From the NCBI RefSeq assembly GCF_009914755.1, contig NC_060938.1: a DNA stretch of 64,000 nucleotides; one strand, written 5' to 3'. Within the stretch, counting starts at the first letter, position 1. Each line of letters opens with the position of its first letter. The position numbers and the translations under genes are program-made. The notes below the pieces were generated by a model. That model was given only the letters and a program-made list of their open reading frames with translations, was not told the DNA's origin and ran no database searches. Of this stretch, positions 39,401-59,100 are shown in pieces. The DNA is from the human T2T-CHM13v2.0 reference genome, Homo sapiens.

Positions 39401-42400
39401 CCTAGAGTAGAGTCCCATCTCCTGGGTGATCAGTGCAGAGATATTTCACAATGTCCCTACAGGCAGAGCATACGCATGTGTTACACTACCTAGATGATCA
39501 GTGCAGAGATATGTCACAAGGCTCCCTATAGTCAGAGCCTGGACAAGAGTTACATCACCTTGGTGATCAATTCAGTGATATGTCACTATGTCCCATAGGC
39601 AAAGCCTAGTCAAGCGTTACATCACCTTGGTGATCAGTGCAGAGGTATGTCACAAAGCCCCCTTACACAGAGCCTAGACAAGGGTCCCATCACCTGGGTG
39701 ACCAGTGAAGAAATATGTCACAATGCCCCAATAGGCAGATCCAACACAAGAGTTACATCACCTGGGTGATCAGTGTAGAGATATGTCGCAATGCCCCCAT
39801 AGGCAGAGCCTAGACAAAAGTCCCATCACCTGGTTGATCAGTGCAGAGATATGTCACAAAGCCCCTGTAGGCAGAGCCTAGACAAGAGTTTCATCACTTG
39901 GTTGATCAGTTCAGAGATGTGTCACAATGTCCATGTAGGCAGATCTAAGACAAGAGTCCATCAACTGGGTGATCAGTGCAGAGATATGTACCAATATCCG
40001 CTGCAGGCAGTGCCTAGACAAGAGTTGCATCACCTCAGAGATCAGTGCAGAGATATCTCACAAAGCCTTCTGTAGGCAAAGCCCATACAAGGCTTACATC
40101 ACCTAGGTGATCAGTGCAGTGATATGTCACAAAAATCCCTGTAGACAGAGCCTACAAAAGAGTTACATCACCTGGGTGATCAGTGCAGATACTTCACACA
40201 ATGACCCCATAGACAGAGCCTAGACAAGACTTCCATCACCTAGGTGATCAGTGCAGAGATATGTCACAAATCCCCCTCTAGGCAGATTATAGAGAATAGT
40301 CCCATCACTTGGTTGATCAGTGCAGAGGTATTTCACAATGCCCCCTGTAGGCAGAGAGTGGACAAGAGTTACATAACCTAGGTGATCTGTGCAGAGCTCT
40401 CTGTGCAAATCGCCCCTGTAGGCAGAGCCTAGATAAATGTTACATCACCTGGGTGATCAGGGCAGAGATACGTCACAATACCCCCTGTAGTTGGAGCCTA
40501 GACAAGAGTTACATCACCTGGGTGATCAGTTCACAGACATGTCAAAATACCCCCTGTAGGTGGAGCCTAGATAAGAGTTACATCACCTGGGTGATCAGTA
40601 CAGAAATATGTCACAAAGCCCCTGTAGGCAGAGCCTAAAAAAGAGTTACATCTCCTGGGTGATCAGTGCAGAAATATGTCACACAACCCCTGTAGGCCGA
40701 GCCTAGACAAGAGTTACGTCTCCTGGGTGATCAGTGCAAACATATGTCACAAAGCCCCCTGTAGACAAATCCCACAAAATTGTTACATCGCCTGGGTGAT
40801 CAGTAGAGATATCTGTCACAATTCCCCTTTAGTCGCAGCTTAGACAAGCGTTACATCACATGAGTGACCAGTGCAGAGATATGCCACAATGCCGCCAGTA
40901 GGCAGATATAGACAAGAGTTACATCACCTGCGTGATCACTGCAGACATACGTCACAATGCCCCGGTAGGGAGAGCCTAGACAAGGGTCCCATCACCTGGG
41001 TGATCAGTGCAGAGTTATGTCACAATGCCCCCTTTTGGCAGAGCCTAGACAAGGGTTACATCACCTTGGTGGTCAGTGCAGAGATATGTCATAAATCCCA
41101 CTATAGGCAAAACTTAGACAAATTTTACATCACCTCAGCCATCAGTGCAGAGATATGTCCCAATGCCCATCTAGGCAGAGCCTAGACAAGAGTTGCATAA
41201 CCCGGGTGATCCGTGCTTATTGATATCACAACTCCCTCTGAAGGCAGAGACTAGAAAAGAGTTACATCACCTGGGTGATCAGTGCTGAGATATGTCACAA
41301 TGTCCCCTGTTGGCAGAGCATAGAGAAGTGTTGCATCACTTGGGTGATCAGTGCAGAGATATGTCACAATGTCCCGTGTAGGCAGAGCATAGAGAAGAGT
41401 TGCATCACCTGGGTGATCAGTGCAGAGGTATGTCACAATGTCCCCTGTAGGCAAAGCTTAGGCAAGGGTTACATCACCTTTGTCATCAGTTCAGGGATAT
41501 GTGAAAACGCCCCTGTAGGCAGAGCTCAGACAAGAGTTACATCACCTAGTTGATCAGTGCAGAGATATTTCACAATACCCCCTGTAGGCAGATCCTAAAC
41601 AAGAGTTGAATCACCTGGGTGATCAGCGCAGAGATATTTCACAATGCCACCTTTGGGCAGAGGGTACACAAGAGTTACATCACCTAGGTGATCAGTGTAG
41701 AGATTTGTCAAAATTCCCTGTAGGCAGTGCTTATAAAAGTGTTACATCACCTAAGTGATCAGTGCAGAGATATGTCACAAAGCTCCTGTAGGCAGAACTT
41801 AGATGAGTTACATCACCTGGGTGATCAGTGCAAAGTTTGTCACAAAGCCCCCTGTAGGCAAAGCCTAGACAATAGTTACATCACTTCGGTGATCAGCTGG
41901 GAGATCTCTCACATTTCCACTGTAGGCAGAGCTTATACAACTGTTATATCACCGGGGTGATCAGTGCAGACATATGTCACAATGCCCCCATACGCAGATC
42001 CAAGACAAGAATCCGTCACGTGAGTGATCAGTGCAGAAATATCTCACAATGCCCCCTTAGGCAGAGCCTAGACAAACGTCCCATCACCTGGATGTCAGTG
42101 CAGAATTATGTCACAAAATCCCTTTAGGCAGATCTTAGACAGGAGTTACATCACTTGGATGATCAGTGCAGAGATATGTCACAATGCCACGGTAGGCAGA
42201 GCCTAGACAAGATTTACATGACCTAGGTTATCAGTGCAGATATACATCGCAATGTCCCTGTAGGCAGGGCCTTGACAAGTGGTACATCACCTGGGTGATC
42301 ATTGCAGGGAAATGTCACAAAGCACCCTGTAGGCAGATCCCAGAAAAAAGTTACATCATCTGGGTGATCAGTGCAGAGATATGTCATAATGCCACTGTCG

Positions 42401-43542
42401 GCAGAGCCTAGACAAGAGTTATATCACCTGGGTGATAAATGAAGTGATATGTCACAATGCCGTGTAGCCAGAGCCTAGACTAAATCTACAGTACCTGGGA
42501 AATCAGTGCAGAGATATGTCACAATGACCCCAGTAGGCAGAGACTAGGCAGGAGTTGGATCACCTAGGAATCAGTGCAGAGATATGTCTCAATCCCCCTG
42601 TGGGCACAGCCTAGAAAAGGGTTACATCACCTAGGTTAACAGTGCAGAGATATGTCAAAATGCCCCCGTAGGCAGAGCCTACACAAGTGTTACATCACTT
42701 AGGTGATCAGTGCAGAGATATGTCACAATACCCACTGTAAGCAGAGCCTAGAGAAGAGTTACATCACCTGGGTGATCAGTGCAGAGATATGTGACAAGGC
42801 CCCTTTAAGCAGAGCCTCGACAATTGTTACATCACCTGAGTGATCAGCGCAGAGATCTGTCACAATGCCCCTTTAGGCAGAGCTTAGACCAGTGTTACAT
42901 CGCCTGGGTGATCAGTGCAGAGATATCTCACAATTCCCCTATAGGCAAATCCAATAAAAGATACCGTCACCTGGATGATCAGTGCAGAAATATGTGACAA
43001 TGCCCCCAGTGGGCAGAGCCTAGAGAAGAGTCCCATCACCTGCGTGATCAGTGCAGAGATATTTCACAATGCCCCTGCAGGCAGAGCGTAAGCAAGAGTT
43101 ACATCACCTAGATGATCAGTGCAGAGATATGTCACAAGGCCCCCTTCAGGCACAGCCTGGAGAAGAGTTACATCACCTCGGTGATCAATGCAGTGATATG
43201 TCACTATGCCCCATAGGTAGAGCCTAGTCAAGCGTTACATCACCTGGGTGATCAGTGCAGAGATATGTCACAAAGCTCCCATACAGTGAGCCTAGTCAAA
43301 AGTCCCATCACCTGGATGATCAGTGCAGAAATATGTCACAATGCCCCCATAGGCAGATCCAACACAAGAGTTACATCAGCTGTGTGATCAGTGTAGAGAT
43401 ATGTCACAATGCCCCCATAGGCAGAGCCTAGACAAAAGTCCCATCACCTGGGTGATCAGTGTAGAGATATTTCACAAAACCCTTGTAGGCAGGGCCTAGA
43501 CAATGGTTACATCTCTTTGTTGATCAGTTCAGAGATGTGTCA
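39401..43542 (+). repeat. Beta satellite array 7 (opposite orientation), ~61 monomers
   Basis: Monomers read gatcagtgcagagatatgtcacaatgcccctgtaggcagagcctagacaagagttacatcacctgggt. Confidence 0.95.
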
Positions 43543-46322
<2,780 letters not shown>

Positions 46323-49300
46323 TAGTCAAAGCCTGGAGAATAGTTACATCTCCTGGATGATCAGGTCAGAAATATGTCACAATGCCCCCTCCCAGCGGAG
46401 CCTAGAGATTTGCATCATTTGGGTGATCAGTGCAGAGATATATCACAATGTCCCCTGTACAAATAGCCTGGAAATGATTTACATCAACTCGGTGATCAGT
46501 GCATAGGTATGTCAGAAATCCCCAGTGGGCTGAACCTAGACAAGGGTTACATCACTTAGGTGATCAGTGTAGAGATATGTGAAAATTCCAGTGTATACAG
46601 AGACTAGACAAGTGTTTCATGACCTAGTGATCAGAGCAGTGATAAGTCGTAAAGCCTCCCATAGGCAGAGTGTAGACCAGTGTTTCCTCCCTGGGGTGAT
46701 CAGTGCAGAGATATGTCACAAAGCCCCTGTAAGCAGAACTTTGACAAGGGTTACATCACCTGTTTGATCAGTGGAAATGTATATCACAAGCCCCCTGTAG
46801 GCAAAGCCCAGAAAATTGTTACATCACCTGGGTGAGCAGTGGAGAGATCTGTCACAATGCCCCTGTAGGCAGAGCTTAGAGAGGGGTTCCATCACCTGGG
46901 TGATCAGTGCAGAGACATGTAAAAATGCTCCTGTAGGCTGAACCTAGAGAGGAGTTACATCACCTGGGTGATCCGTGCAGAGATATGTGAGAATTTCCGT
47001 GTAGGCAGAGCCTAGACAAGAGTTACATCACCTAGGTTATCAGTGCAGGTATAATTCCTAAAGACTCCTGTAGGCAGAGTGTAGACAAGAGTTCCCTCCC
47101 CAGGGTGATCAGTGCAGAGATGTGTCACAAATCGCCCTCTAGGCAGAGTGTAGAGAAGAGTCCCATCACCTGGGTGATCAGTGCAGAGATATTTCACAAT
47201 GCCCCCTGTAGGCAGAGAGTGGACAAGAGTTACATAACTTAGGTGATCTGTGCAGAGCTATGTCAAAACGCCCCTGTGGCAGAGCCTAGATACATGTTAC
47301 ATCACCTGGGTGATCAGTGCCGAGATAAGTCACAATAACCCCTGTAGGTGGAGCCCAGATAAGAGTTACACCACCTCTGTGATCAGTGCAGAGATATGTC
47401 ACAAAGCCCCTGAAGGTGGAGCCTAGACAAGAGTTACATCACCTGGGTGATCATTGCAGAAATATGTCACAAAGCCCTATAGGCCGAGCCTAGACAAGAG
47501 TTACATCTCCTGGGTGATCAGTGCAGAGGTATGTCCCAATGACCCCTGTGGGCAGAGCATAGAGAAGAGTTGCGTCACCTGGATGATCAGTGCAGAGATA
47601 TGTCACAATGTCCCTTGTAGGCAGAGCATAGAGAAGAGTTGCATCGCCTGGGTGATCAGTGAGGAGATACATCACAATATCCCCTGTAGGCAAAGCTTTG
47701 GCAAGAGTTACATCACCTTTGTCATCAATTCAGGGATATATGAAAATGCCCCCGTAGGCAGAGCCTAGACAAGATTTACTTCACCTAGTTGATCAGTGCA
47801 GAGATATTTCGCAATATCCCCTGTAGGCAGATCCTAGACAAGAGTTGAATCACCTCGGTGATCAGTGCAGAGATGTTTCACAATGTCCCCTTTGGACAGA
47901 GGGTAGACAAGAGTTACATCACATAGGTGATCAGTGCAGAGATTTGTCAAAATTCCCTTTAGGCAGTGCTTAAAAAAATGTTACATCACCTAAGTGATCA
48001 GTGCAGAGGTATGTCACAAAGCTCCTGTAGGCAGAACTTAGATGACTTACATCACCTGGGTGATCATTGCAATGGTATGTCACAAAGCCCCCTGTAGGCA
48101 AAGCCTAGACAATAGTTACATCACTTGGGTGATCAGTGGCGAGATCTCTCACAATTCCCCTGTAGGCAGAGCTTATACAACAGTTACATCACCTGGGTTA
48201 TCAGTGCAGTGATATGTCACAGTGCCCCCATAGGCAGATCCAAGACAAGAGTCCGTCACCTCGGTGATCAGTGCAGAAATATGTCACAATGCCCCCTTAG
48301 GCAGAGCCTACACAAAAGCCCAATCACGTGGATGATCAGTGGAGTGTTATGTCACAATGTCCCTTTAGGCAGATCCTAGAAAATTGTTACATCACCTGCG
48401 TGATCACTGCAGAGATATGTCACAATACCCCTCTAGGCAGAGCTTAGACAAGAGTCCCATCACCTGGGTGATCAGTACAGAGTTATGTCACAAGCCCCCT
48501 GTAGCCAGAGCCTAGACAAGTGTTACATCAGCTGTGTGATCAGTGAAGTGACGTGTCACAATGTCCCTGTGGCCATATCCTTGAAAAAAGTGATATCACC
48601 TGGGTGATCAGTGTGGAGATATGTCACAATGTCTCCAGTAGGCAGAGCCTCAACAAGAGTTACATCACCTGGGTGATCAGGGCAGAGATATGTCACAATA
48701 CACCCTGTAAGCAGAGCCTAGACAAGAGTTGCATCACCTCAGAGATCAGTGCATAGATATTTCACAAAGCCTTCTGTAGGCAAAGCCCATTAAAGGCTTA
48801 CATCACCTAGGTGATCAGTGCAGTGATATGTCACAAAAATCCCTGTAGACAGAGCCTAGAAAAGAATTACATCACCTGGATGATCAGTGCAGATATTTGA
48901 CACAATACCCCCATAGACAGAGCCTAGACAAGACTTCCATCACCTGGGTGATCAGTGCAGAGAAACGTCACAATACCCCCTGTAGGTGGAGCCTAGACAA
49001 GAGATACATCACCTGGGTGATCAGTGCAGAAATATTCCACAATGCCGCCACTAGGCAGATATAGACAAGAGTTACATCACCTGCATGATCACCGCAGAGA
49101 TATGTCACAATGCCCCTGTAGGCAGAGCCTAGACAAGAGTCCCATCACCTGGGTGATCAGTGCAGAGTTATGTCACAATGCCCGCTATGGCAGAGCCTAG
49201 ACAAGGTTTACATCACCTGGGTGATAAGTTCACAGACACGTCACAATACCCCCTGTAGGTGGAGCCTAGACAAGAGTTACATCACCTGGGTGATGAGTAC

Positions 49301-52300
49301 AGAGATATTTTACAAAGCCTCTGTAGGCAGAGCCTAAACAAGAGTTATATCACCTGGGTGATCAGTGCAGAAATGTGTCACAAAGCCCCTGTAGGCAGAG
49401 CGTAGACAAGACTTCCATCACCTGGGTGATCAGTGCAGAGATATGTCAGAAATCTCCCTCTAGGCAGAGTATAGAGAAGAGTCCTATCAACTGGGTGATC
49501 TGTGCAGAGATATTTCACAATGCCCCCTGTAGGCAGAGAGTTGACAAGAGTTACATGACCTAGTTGATCTGTGCAGAGGTATGTCAAAACGCCCCTGTAG
49601 GCAGAGCCTAGATAAATGTTACATCACCTGGGGGATCAGTGCAGAGATACGTCACAATACCCCCTGAAGGTTGAGCTTAGACAAGAGTTACATCACCTAG
49701 GTGATCAGTTCACAGACACGTCACAATACCCCCTGTAGTTGGAGCCTAGACAAGAGTTACATCACCTGGGTGATGAGTACAGAGATATTTTACAAATCCC
49801 CTGTAGGCAGAGCCTAAACAAGAGTTATATCACCTGGGTGATCAGTGCAGAAATGTGTCACAAAGCCCCTGTAGGCAGAGCCTGGACAAGAGTTACATAT
49901 CCTGGGTGATCAGAGCAAAGATATGTCACAAAGCCCCTTGTAGGCAAATCCGAGAAAATTGCTACATCACCAGGGTGATCAGTGGCGATATCTGTCACAA
50001 TTCCCCTTTAGGCCCAACTTACACAAGCGTTACATCACATGAGTGATCAGTGCAGAGTTATGTCACTATGCCCCCATAGGCAGATTCAAGACAAGAGTGC
50101 ATCACCTGGGTGGTCAGTGCAGAAATATGCCACAATGCCGCCAGTAGGCAGATATAGACAAGAGTTACATCACCTGCGTGATCACTGCACAGATATGTCA
50201 CAATGCCCCTGTAGGCAGAGCCTAGACAAGTGTCTCATCACCTGGGTGATCAGTGCAGAGTTATGTCACAATGCCCCCTTTTGGCAGAGCCTAGACAAAG
50301 GTTACATCTTATGGGTGATCAGTGGAGAGATGTGTCACAAGCCTCCTGTTGCCAGAGCCTAGACAAGTGTTACATCAGCTGTGTGGTCAGTGCAGTGACA
50401 AGTCACAATATCCCTGTAGCCATATCCTTGAAAAAAGTGACATCACCTGGGTGACCAGTGCAGAGATATGTCACAATGTCTCCAGTAGGCAGAGCCTACA
50501 CAAGAGTTACATCACCTTGGTCATCAAGGCAGAGACATGTCACAATACCCAGTGTAAGCAGATCCCAGACAAGAGTTGCATCACCTCGGTGATCAGTGCA
50601 GAGATATGTCTCAATGCCCCCTGTCGGTGAAGCCTATAGAAGAGTTTCATCATCTTGGTGATCAGTGCAGTGATATGTTAAAATGTGCCTGTAGGCAGAG
50701 CCTACACAAGAGTTACATCACCTGGGTGATCAGTGCACAGATACTTCATAAATCCCACTGTAGGCAAAGCCTAGACAAGTTTTACATCACCTCAGCGATC
50801 AGTGGAGATATATGTCCCAATGTCCGTCTAGGCAGAGCTTAGACAAGAGTCACATCTCCTGGGTGATCAGTGCAGAGATAAGTCACAATGCCCCCATAGG
50901 CAGAGCCTAGACAAGACTTACATAACCAGGGTGATCCGTGCAGAGTGATATCAAAACGCACTCTGTAGGCAGAGACTAGAAAAGAGTTTCATCACCTGGG
51001 TGATCAGTGCAGAGATATGTCACAATGCCACCTGTAGGCAGAGCATAGAGAAGAGTTGCATCACCTGGGTGATCAGTGCAGAGATATGTCACAATGTCCC
51101 CTGCAGGCAGAGCATAGAGGAGAGTTACATCACCTGGGTGATCAGAGCAGTGACATGTCACTATGTCCCCTGCAGGCAAGTCTAGGCAAGAGTTACATCA
51201 CCTTTGTCATCATTTCAGGGATCTGTGAAAAAGCCCCTGTAGGCAGAGCCTAGACAAGAGTTACATCCCCTTGTTGATCAGTGCAGAGATATTTCACAAT
51301 ACCCCCTGTAGACAGATCCTAGACAAGAGTTGAATCACCTGGGTGATCAGTGCAGAGATATTTCACAATGCCCCCTTTGGGCAGAGGGTAGACAAGAGTT
51401 ACATCACCTAGTTGATCAGTGCAGAGATTTGTCAAAATTCCCTGTAGGCAGTGCTTATAAAAGTGTTACATCACCTAAGTGATCAGTGCAGAGATATGTC
51501 ACAAAGCTCCTGTACACAGAACTTAGATGAGTTACATCACCTGGGTGATCAGTGCAAATGTATGTCACAAAGCCCCCTGTAGGCAAAGCCTAGACAATAG
51601 TTACTTCACTTGGGTGATCAGTGGCGAGATCTCTCACAGTTCCCCTGTAGGCAGAGCTTATACAACAGTTACATCACCTGGTTGATCAGTGCAGAGATAT
51701 GTCACAATGCCCCCATAGGCAGATCCAAGAGAAGAGTCCTTCACCTTGGTGATCAGTGCAGAAATATGTCACAATGGCACCTTAGGCAGAGCCTAGACAA
51801 AAACCCCATCACCTGGATGATCAGTGCAGAGTTATGTCACAAAATACCTTTAGGGAGATTCTAGACAAGAGTTACGTCACTTGGATGATCAGTGCAGAGA
51901 TATGTCACAATGCCACTGTAGGCAGAGCCTAGACAAGAGTTACATGACCTAGGTGATCAGTGCAGAGATACATCACAATGCCCCTGTAGGCAGAGCCTGG
52001 ACAAGAGTTATATCACCTGGGTGATCAGTGCAGTGATATGTCACAATGCCGTGTAGCCAGAGCCTGCACTAAAGTTACAGCACCTGAGAGATCAGTGAAG
52101 AGATATGTCACAATGTCCCCAGTAGACAGAGACCAGGCAAGACTTGGATCACCTAGGGATCAGTGCAGAGATATGTCTGAATCCCCCTGTGGGCACAGCC
52201 TACACAAGAGTTACATCACCTCGGTTAACAGTGCACAGATACGTCAAAATGCCCCTGTAGGCAGAGCCTACACAAGTGTTACATCACTTAGGTGATCAGT

Positions 52301-53061
52301 GCAGAGATATGTCACAATACCCCCTGTTAGCAGAGCCTAGAGAAGAGTTACATCACCTGGGTGATCAGTGCAGGGATATGTGACAAGGCCCCTTTAAGCA
52401 GACCCTAGACAATAGTTACATCACCTGAGTGATCAGTGCAGAGATCTGTCACAATGCCCCTTTAGGCAGAGCTTAGACCAGAGTTACATCACCTGGGTGA
52501 TCAGTGCGGAGATATTTCACAATGCCTCCATAGGCAAATCCAAGACAAGAGTCCGTCACCTGGGTGATCAGTGCAGAAATATGTGACCATGCCCCCAGTA
52601 GGCAGAGCCTAGAGAAGAGTCCCATCACCTGGGTGATCAGTGCAGAGATATTTCACAATGCCCCTGCAGGCAGAGCGTAAGCAAGAGTTACATCATCGAG
52701 ATGATCAGTGCAGAGATATGTCACAAGGCCCCCTATAGGCAGAGCTTGGACAAGAGTTACATCACCTTCGTGATCTATGCAGTTATATGTCACTATGCCC
52801 TGTAGGCAGAGCCTAGTCAAGCGTTACATCACCTGGGTGATCAGTGCAGAGATATGTCACAAAGCCCCCATACACAGAGCCTAGACAAGTGACCCATCAC
52901 CTGGGTGATCAGTGCAGAAATATGTCACAATGCCCCCATAGGCAGAGCCTAGACAAAAGTCCCATCACCTGGGTGATCAGTGTAGAGATATATCCCAAAG
53001 ACCCTGTAGGCAGAGCCTAGAGAAGAGTTACATCACTGTTGATCAGTTCAGAGATGTGTCA
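46323..53061 (+). repeat. Beta satellite array 8, ~99 monomers
   Basis: 68-bp tandem monomers, plus orientation. Confidence 0.95.
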
Positions 53062-55752
<2,691 letters not shown>

Positions 55753-56138
55753 TAGTCACAGCCTGCAGAATAGTTACATCTCCTGGATGATCAGTTCAGA
55801 AATATGTCACAATGCCTCTCCCTGCGGAGCCCAGAGAAGATTTGCATCATTTGGGTGATCAGGGCAGAGATATTTCACAATGTCAGCTGCAAAAAAAGCC
55901 TGGAAATGATTTATGTCACCTCGGTGATCAGTGCATAGGTATGTCAGAAATCCCCAGTAGGCTGAACCTAGACAAGGGTTACATCAATTAGGGGATCAGT
56001 GTAGAGATATGTGAAAATTCCCGTGTAGACGGAGCCTAGACAAGTGTTACATCACCTAGTGATCAGGGCAGCGATAAGTCGTAAAACCTCCTGTAGGCAG
56101 AGGGTAGAAAAGTGTTTCCTCCCTGGGGTGATCAGTGC
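55753..56138 (+). repeat. Beta satellite array 9a, ~6 monomers
   Basis: Plus-orientation monomers up to the strand switch. Confidence 0.9.
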
Positions 56139-59100
56139 CTACTGGAGACATTGTGACATATCTGAGCACTGATCACCCAGGTGATGTCACTTTTGTCAAG
56201 GATATGGCTACAAGGGCATTGTGACAAGTCACTGCACTGATCACACAGCTGATGTAACACTTGTCTAGGCTCTGTCTACAGGGGGCTTGTGACACATCTC
56301 TGCACTGATCACCCAGTTGATGTAACCCTTGTCTAGGCTCTGCCAAAAGGGGGCATTGTGACATAACTCTGCACTGATCACCCAGGTGATGGGACACTTG
56401 TCTAGGCTCTGCCTACAGGGGCATTGTGACATATCTCTGCAGTGATCACGCAGGTGACGTAACTCTTGTCTATATCTGCCTACTGGAGGCATTGTGGCAT
56501 ATTTCTGCACTGATCACGCAGGTGATGGACTATTGTCTTGGATCTGCCTATGGGGGCATAGTGACATATCTCTGCACTGATGATCACCCGGGTTATGTAA
56601 CTCTTGTCTAGGCCTGCCTATGGGGGCATTGTGACTTATCTCTGCACTGATCACCCAGGAGATGTGACTCTTGTCTAAGCTCTGCCAAGTGGGACACTGG
56701 GACATATCACTGCACTGATCACTGAGGTGATGTAAAACTTGTCTAGGCTTTGCCTACAGTGGGATTTATGACATATCTCTGCACTGATCACCCACGTGAT
56801 GTAACTCTTGTCTAGTCTCTGCTTACAGGGGATATTGTGAGATATCTCTGCACTGATCACCCACGTGATGTAACTCTTGTCTAGGCTCGGCCTTCAGGGG
56901 ATTTGTGACATATTTCTGCACTGATCACCCAGGTGATGTAACTCTTGTCTAGGCTCCGCCTACAGGGGCTTTGTGACATATCTCTGCACTGATCACCCAG
57001 GTGATGTAACTTTTGTCTAGGCTCCACCTACAGTGGGTATTGTGACATATGTCTGCACTGATCACCCAGGTGAAGTAACATTTATCTAGGCTTTGCCTAC
57101 AGGGGCGTTTTGACATAGCTCTGCACAGATCACCTAGTTTATGTAACTCTTTTCCACTCTCTGCCCACAGGGGGCATTGTGACATATCTCTGCACTGATC
57201 ACCCAGGTGATGGAAGTCTTGTCTAGGCTCTGTCTACGGGGGGAATTGTGTCAAATATCTGTACTGATCACCCAGGTGATGTAACTCTTTTCTAGACTCT
57301 GTCTACAGGGATTTTTGTGACATGTCACTGCACAGATCTCCCAGGTGATGTAAGCATTGTATGGGCTTTGCCTACAAAAGGCTTTGTGATATATCTTTGC
57401 ACTGGTGATCCAAGTGACGTAACTCTTTTCTAGGATCTGCCTAAAGGGACTTAGTGACATATCTCTTCACTAATCTCCCAGGTGCTGTAACATTAGTCTA
57501 GGCTCTGGCTACATGGCATCATGAGATATCACTGCACTGATCACCCAGGTGATATAACCCTTGTGTAGGCTCTGCCTAAAGGGGGCTTGTGACATGTATA
57601 TCCCTGCAATGATCACCCAGGTGATGTACCACTTGTCAAGGCTCTGCCTACAGTGGCATTGCGATGTATCTCGGCACTGATCAATTAGGTCATGTAACTC
57701 TTGTCTAGGCTCTGCCTACAGTGGCATTGTGACATATCTCTACACTGATCATCCAAGTGTTGTAACACTGTCTAGGATCTGCCTAAAGGGACTTTGTGAC
57801 ATAACTCTGCACTGATCATCCAGGTGATGGGGCTTTTGTCTAGGATCTGCCTAACGGGCATTGTGACATATTTCTGCACTGATCACCCAGGTGACGGACT
57901 CTTGTCTTGGATCTGCCTATGGGGGCACTGTGACATATCACTACACTGATAACCCAGGTGATGTAACTGTTGTATAAGCTCTGCCTACAGGGGAATTGTG
58001 AGAGATCTCGCCACTGATCACCCAAGTGATGTAACTATTGTCTAGGCTTTGCCTACAGGGGGCTCTGTGACATACCTTTGCACTGATCACCCAGGTGATG
58101 TAACTCATCTAAGTTCTGCCTATAGGAGGTTTGGGACATATCTCTGCACTGATCACTTAGGTGATATAACACTTTTATAAGCACTGCCTACAGGGAATTT
58201 TGACAAATCTGTGCACTGATCACCTGGGTGATGTAACTTTTGTCTACCCTCTGCCCAAAGGGGGCATTGTGAAATGTCTCTGCACTGATCACCCAGGTGA
58301 TTCACCCCTTGTCTTGGATCTGCCTACAGGGGGTATTGTGAAATATCTCTGCACTGATCAACTAGGTAATGTAACTGTTGTCAACGCTCTGCCTACAGGG
58401 GCGTTTTCACATGTCCCTGAACTGATGACAAAGATGATGTAACTCTTGCCTAGGTTTTGCCTACACGGGACACTGTGACACATCTCTGCATAGATCACCC
58501 AGGTGATGCAAATCTTCCATATGCTCTGCCTACAGGGGATATTGTGACATATCTCTGCACTGATCACCCAGGTGATGTAACTCTTTTCTAGTCTCTGCCT
58601 ACAGAGGGCGTTTTGACATCACTCTGCATGGATCACCTGGGTTATGTAACTCTTCTCTAGGCTCTTCCTATGGGGACATTGTGACTTATCTCTGCACTGA
58701 TCACCCAGGAGATGTGACTCTTTTCTAAACTCTGCCTGGAGGGACATTGGGACATATCTCTGCACTGATCACCCAGGTGATGTAACTCTTTCCTAATCTC
58801 TGCCTACAGAGGACATTGTGACATCACTCTGCACGGATCACGCGGGTTATTTAACTCTAGTCTAGTCTCTGCCTACGGGGGCATTGTGACTTATCTCTGC
58901 ACTGATCACCCAAGAGATGTGACTCTTGTCTAAGCTCTGCCTAGAGGGACAATGGGACATATCTCGGCACTGATCCCTGAGGTGATGTAAAATTGTCTAG
59001 GCTTGACTACAGTGGGATTTATGACGTATCTGTGCACTGATCAGCCAGGTGATGTAACTCTTGTGTAGGCTCTGCCTACAGGGGCATTTTAACATATCAC

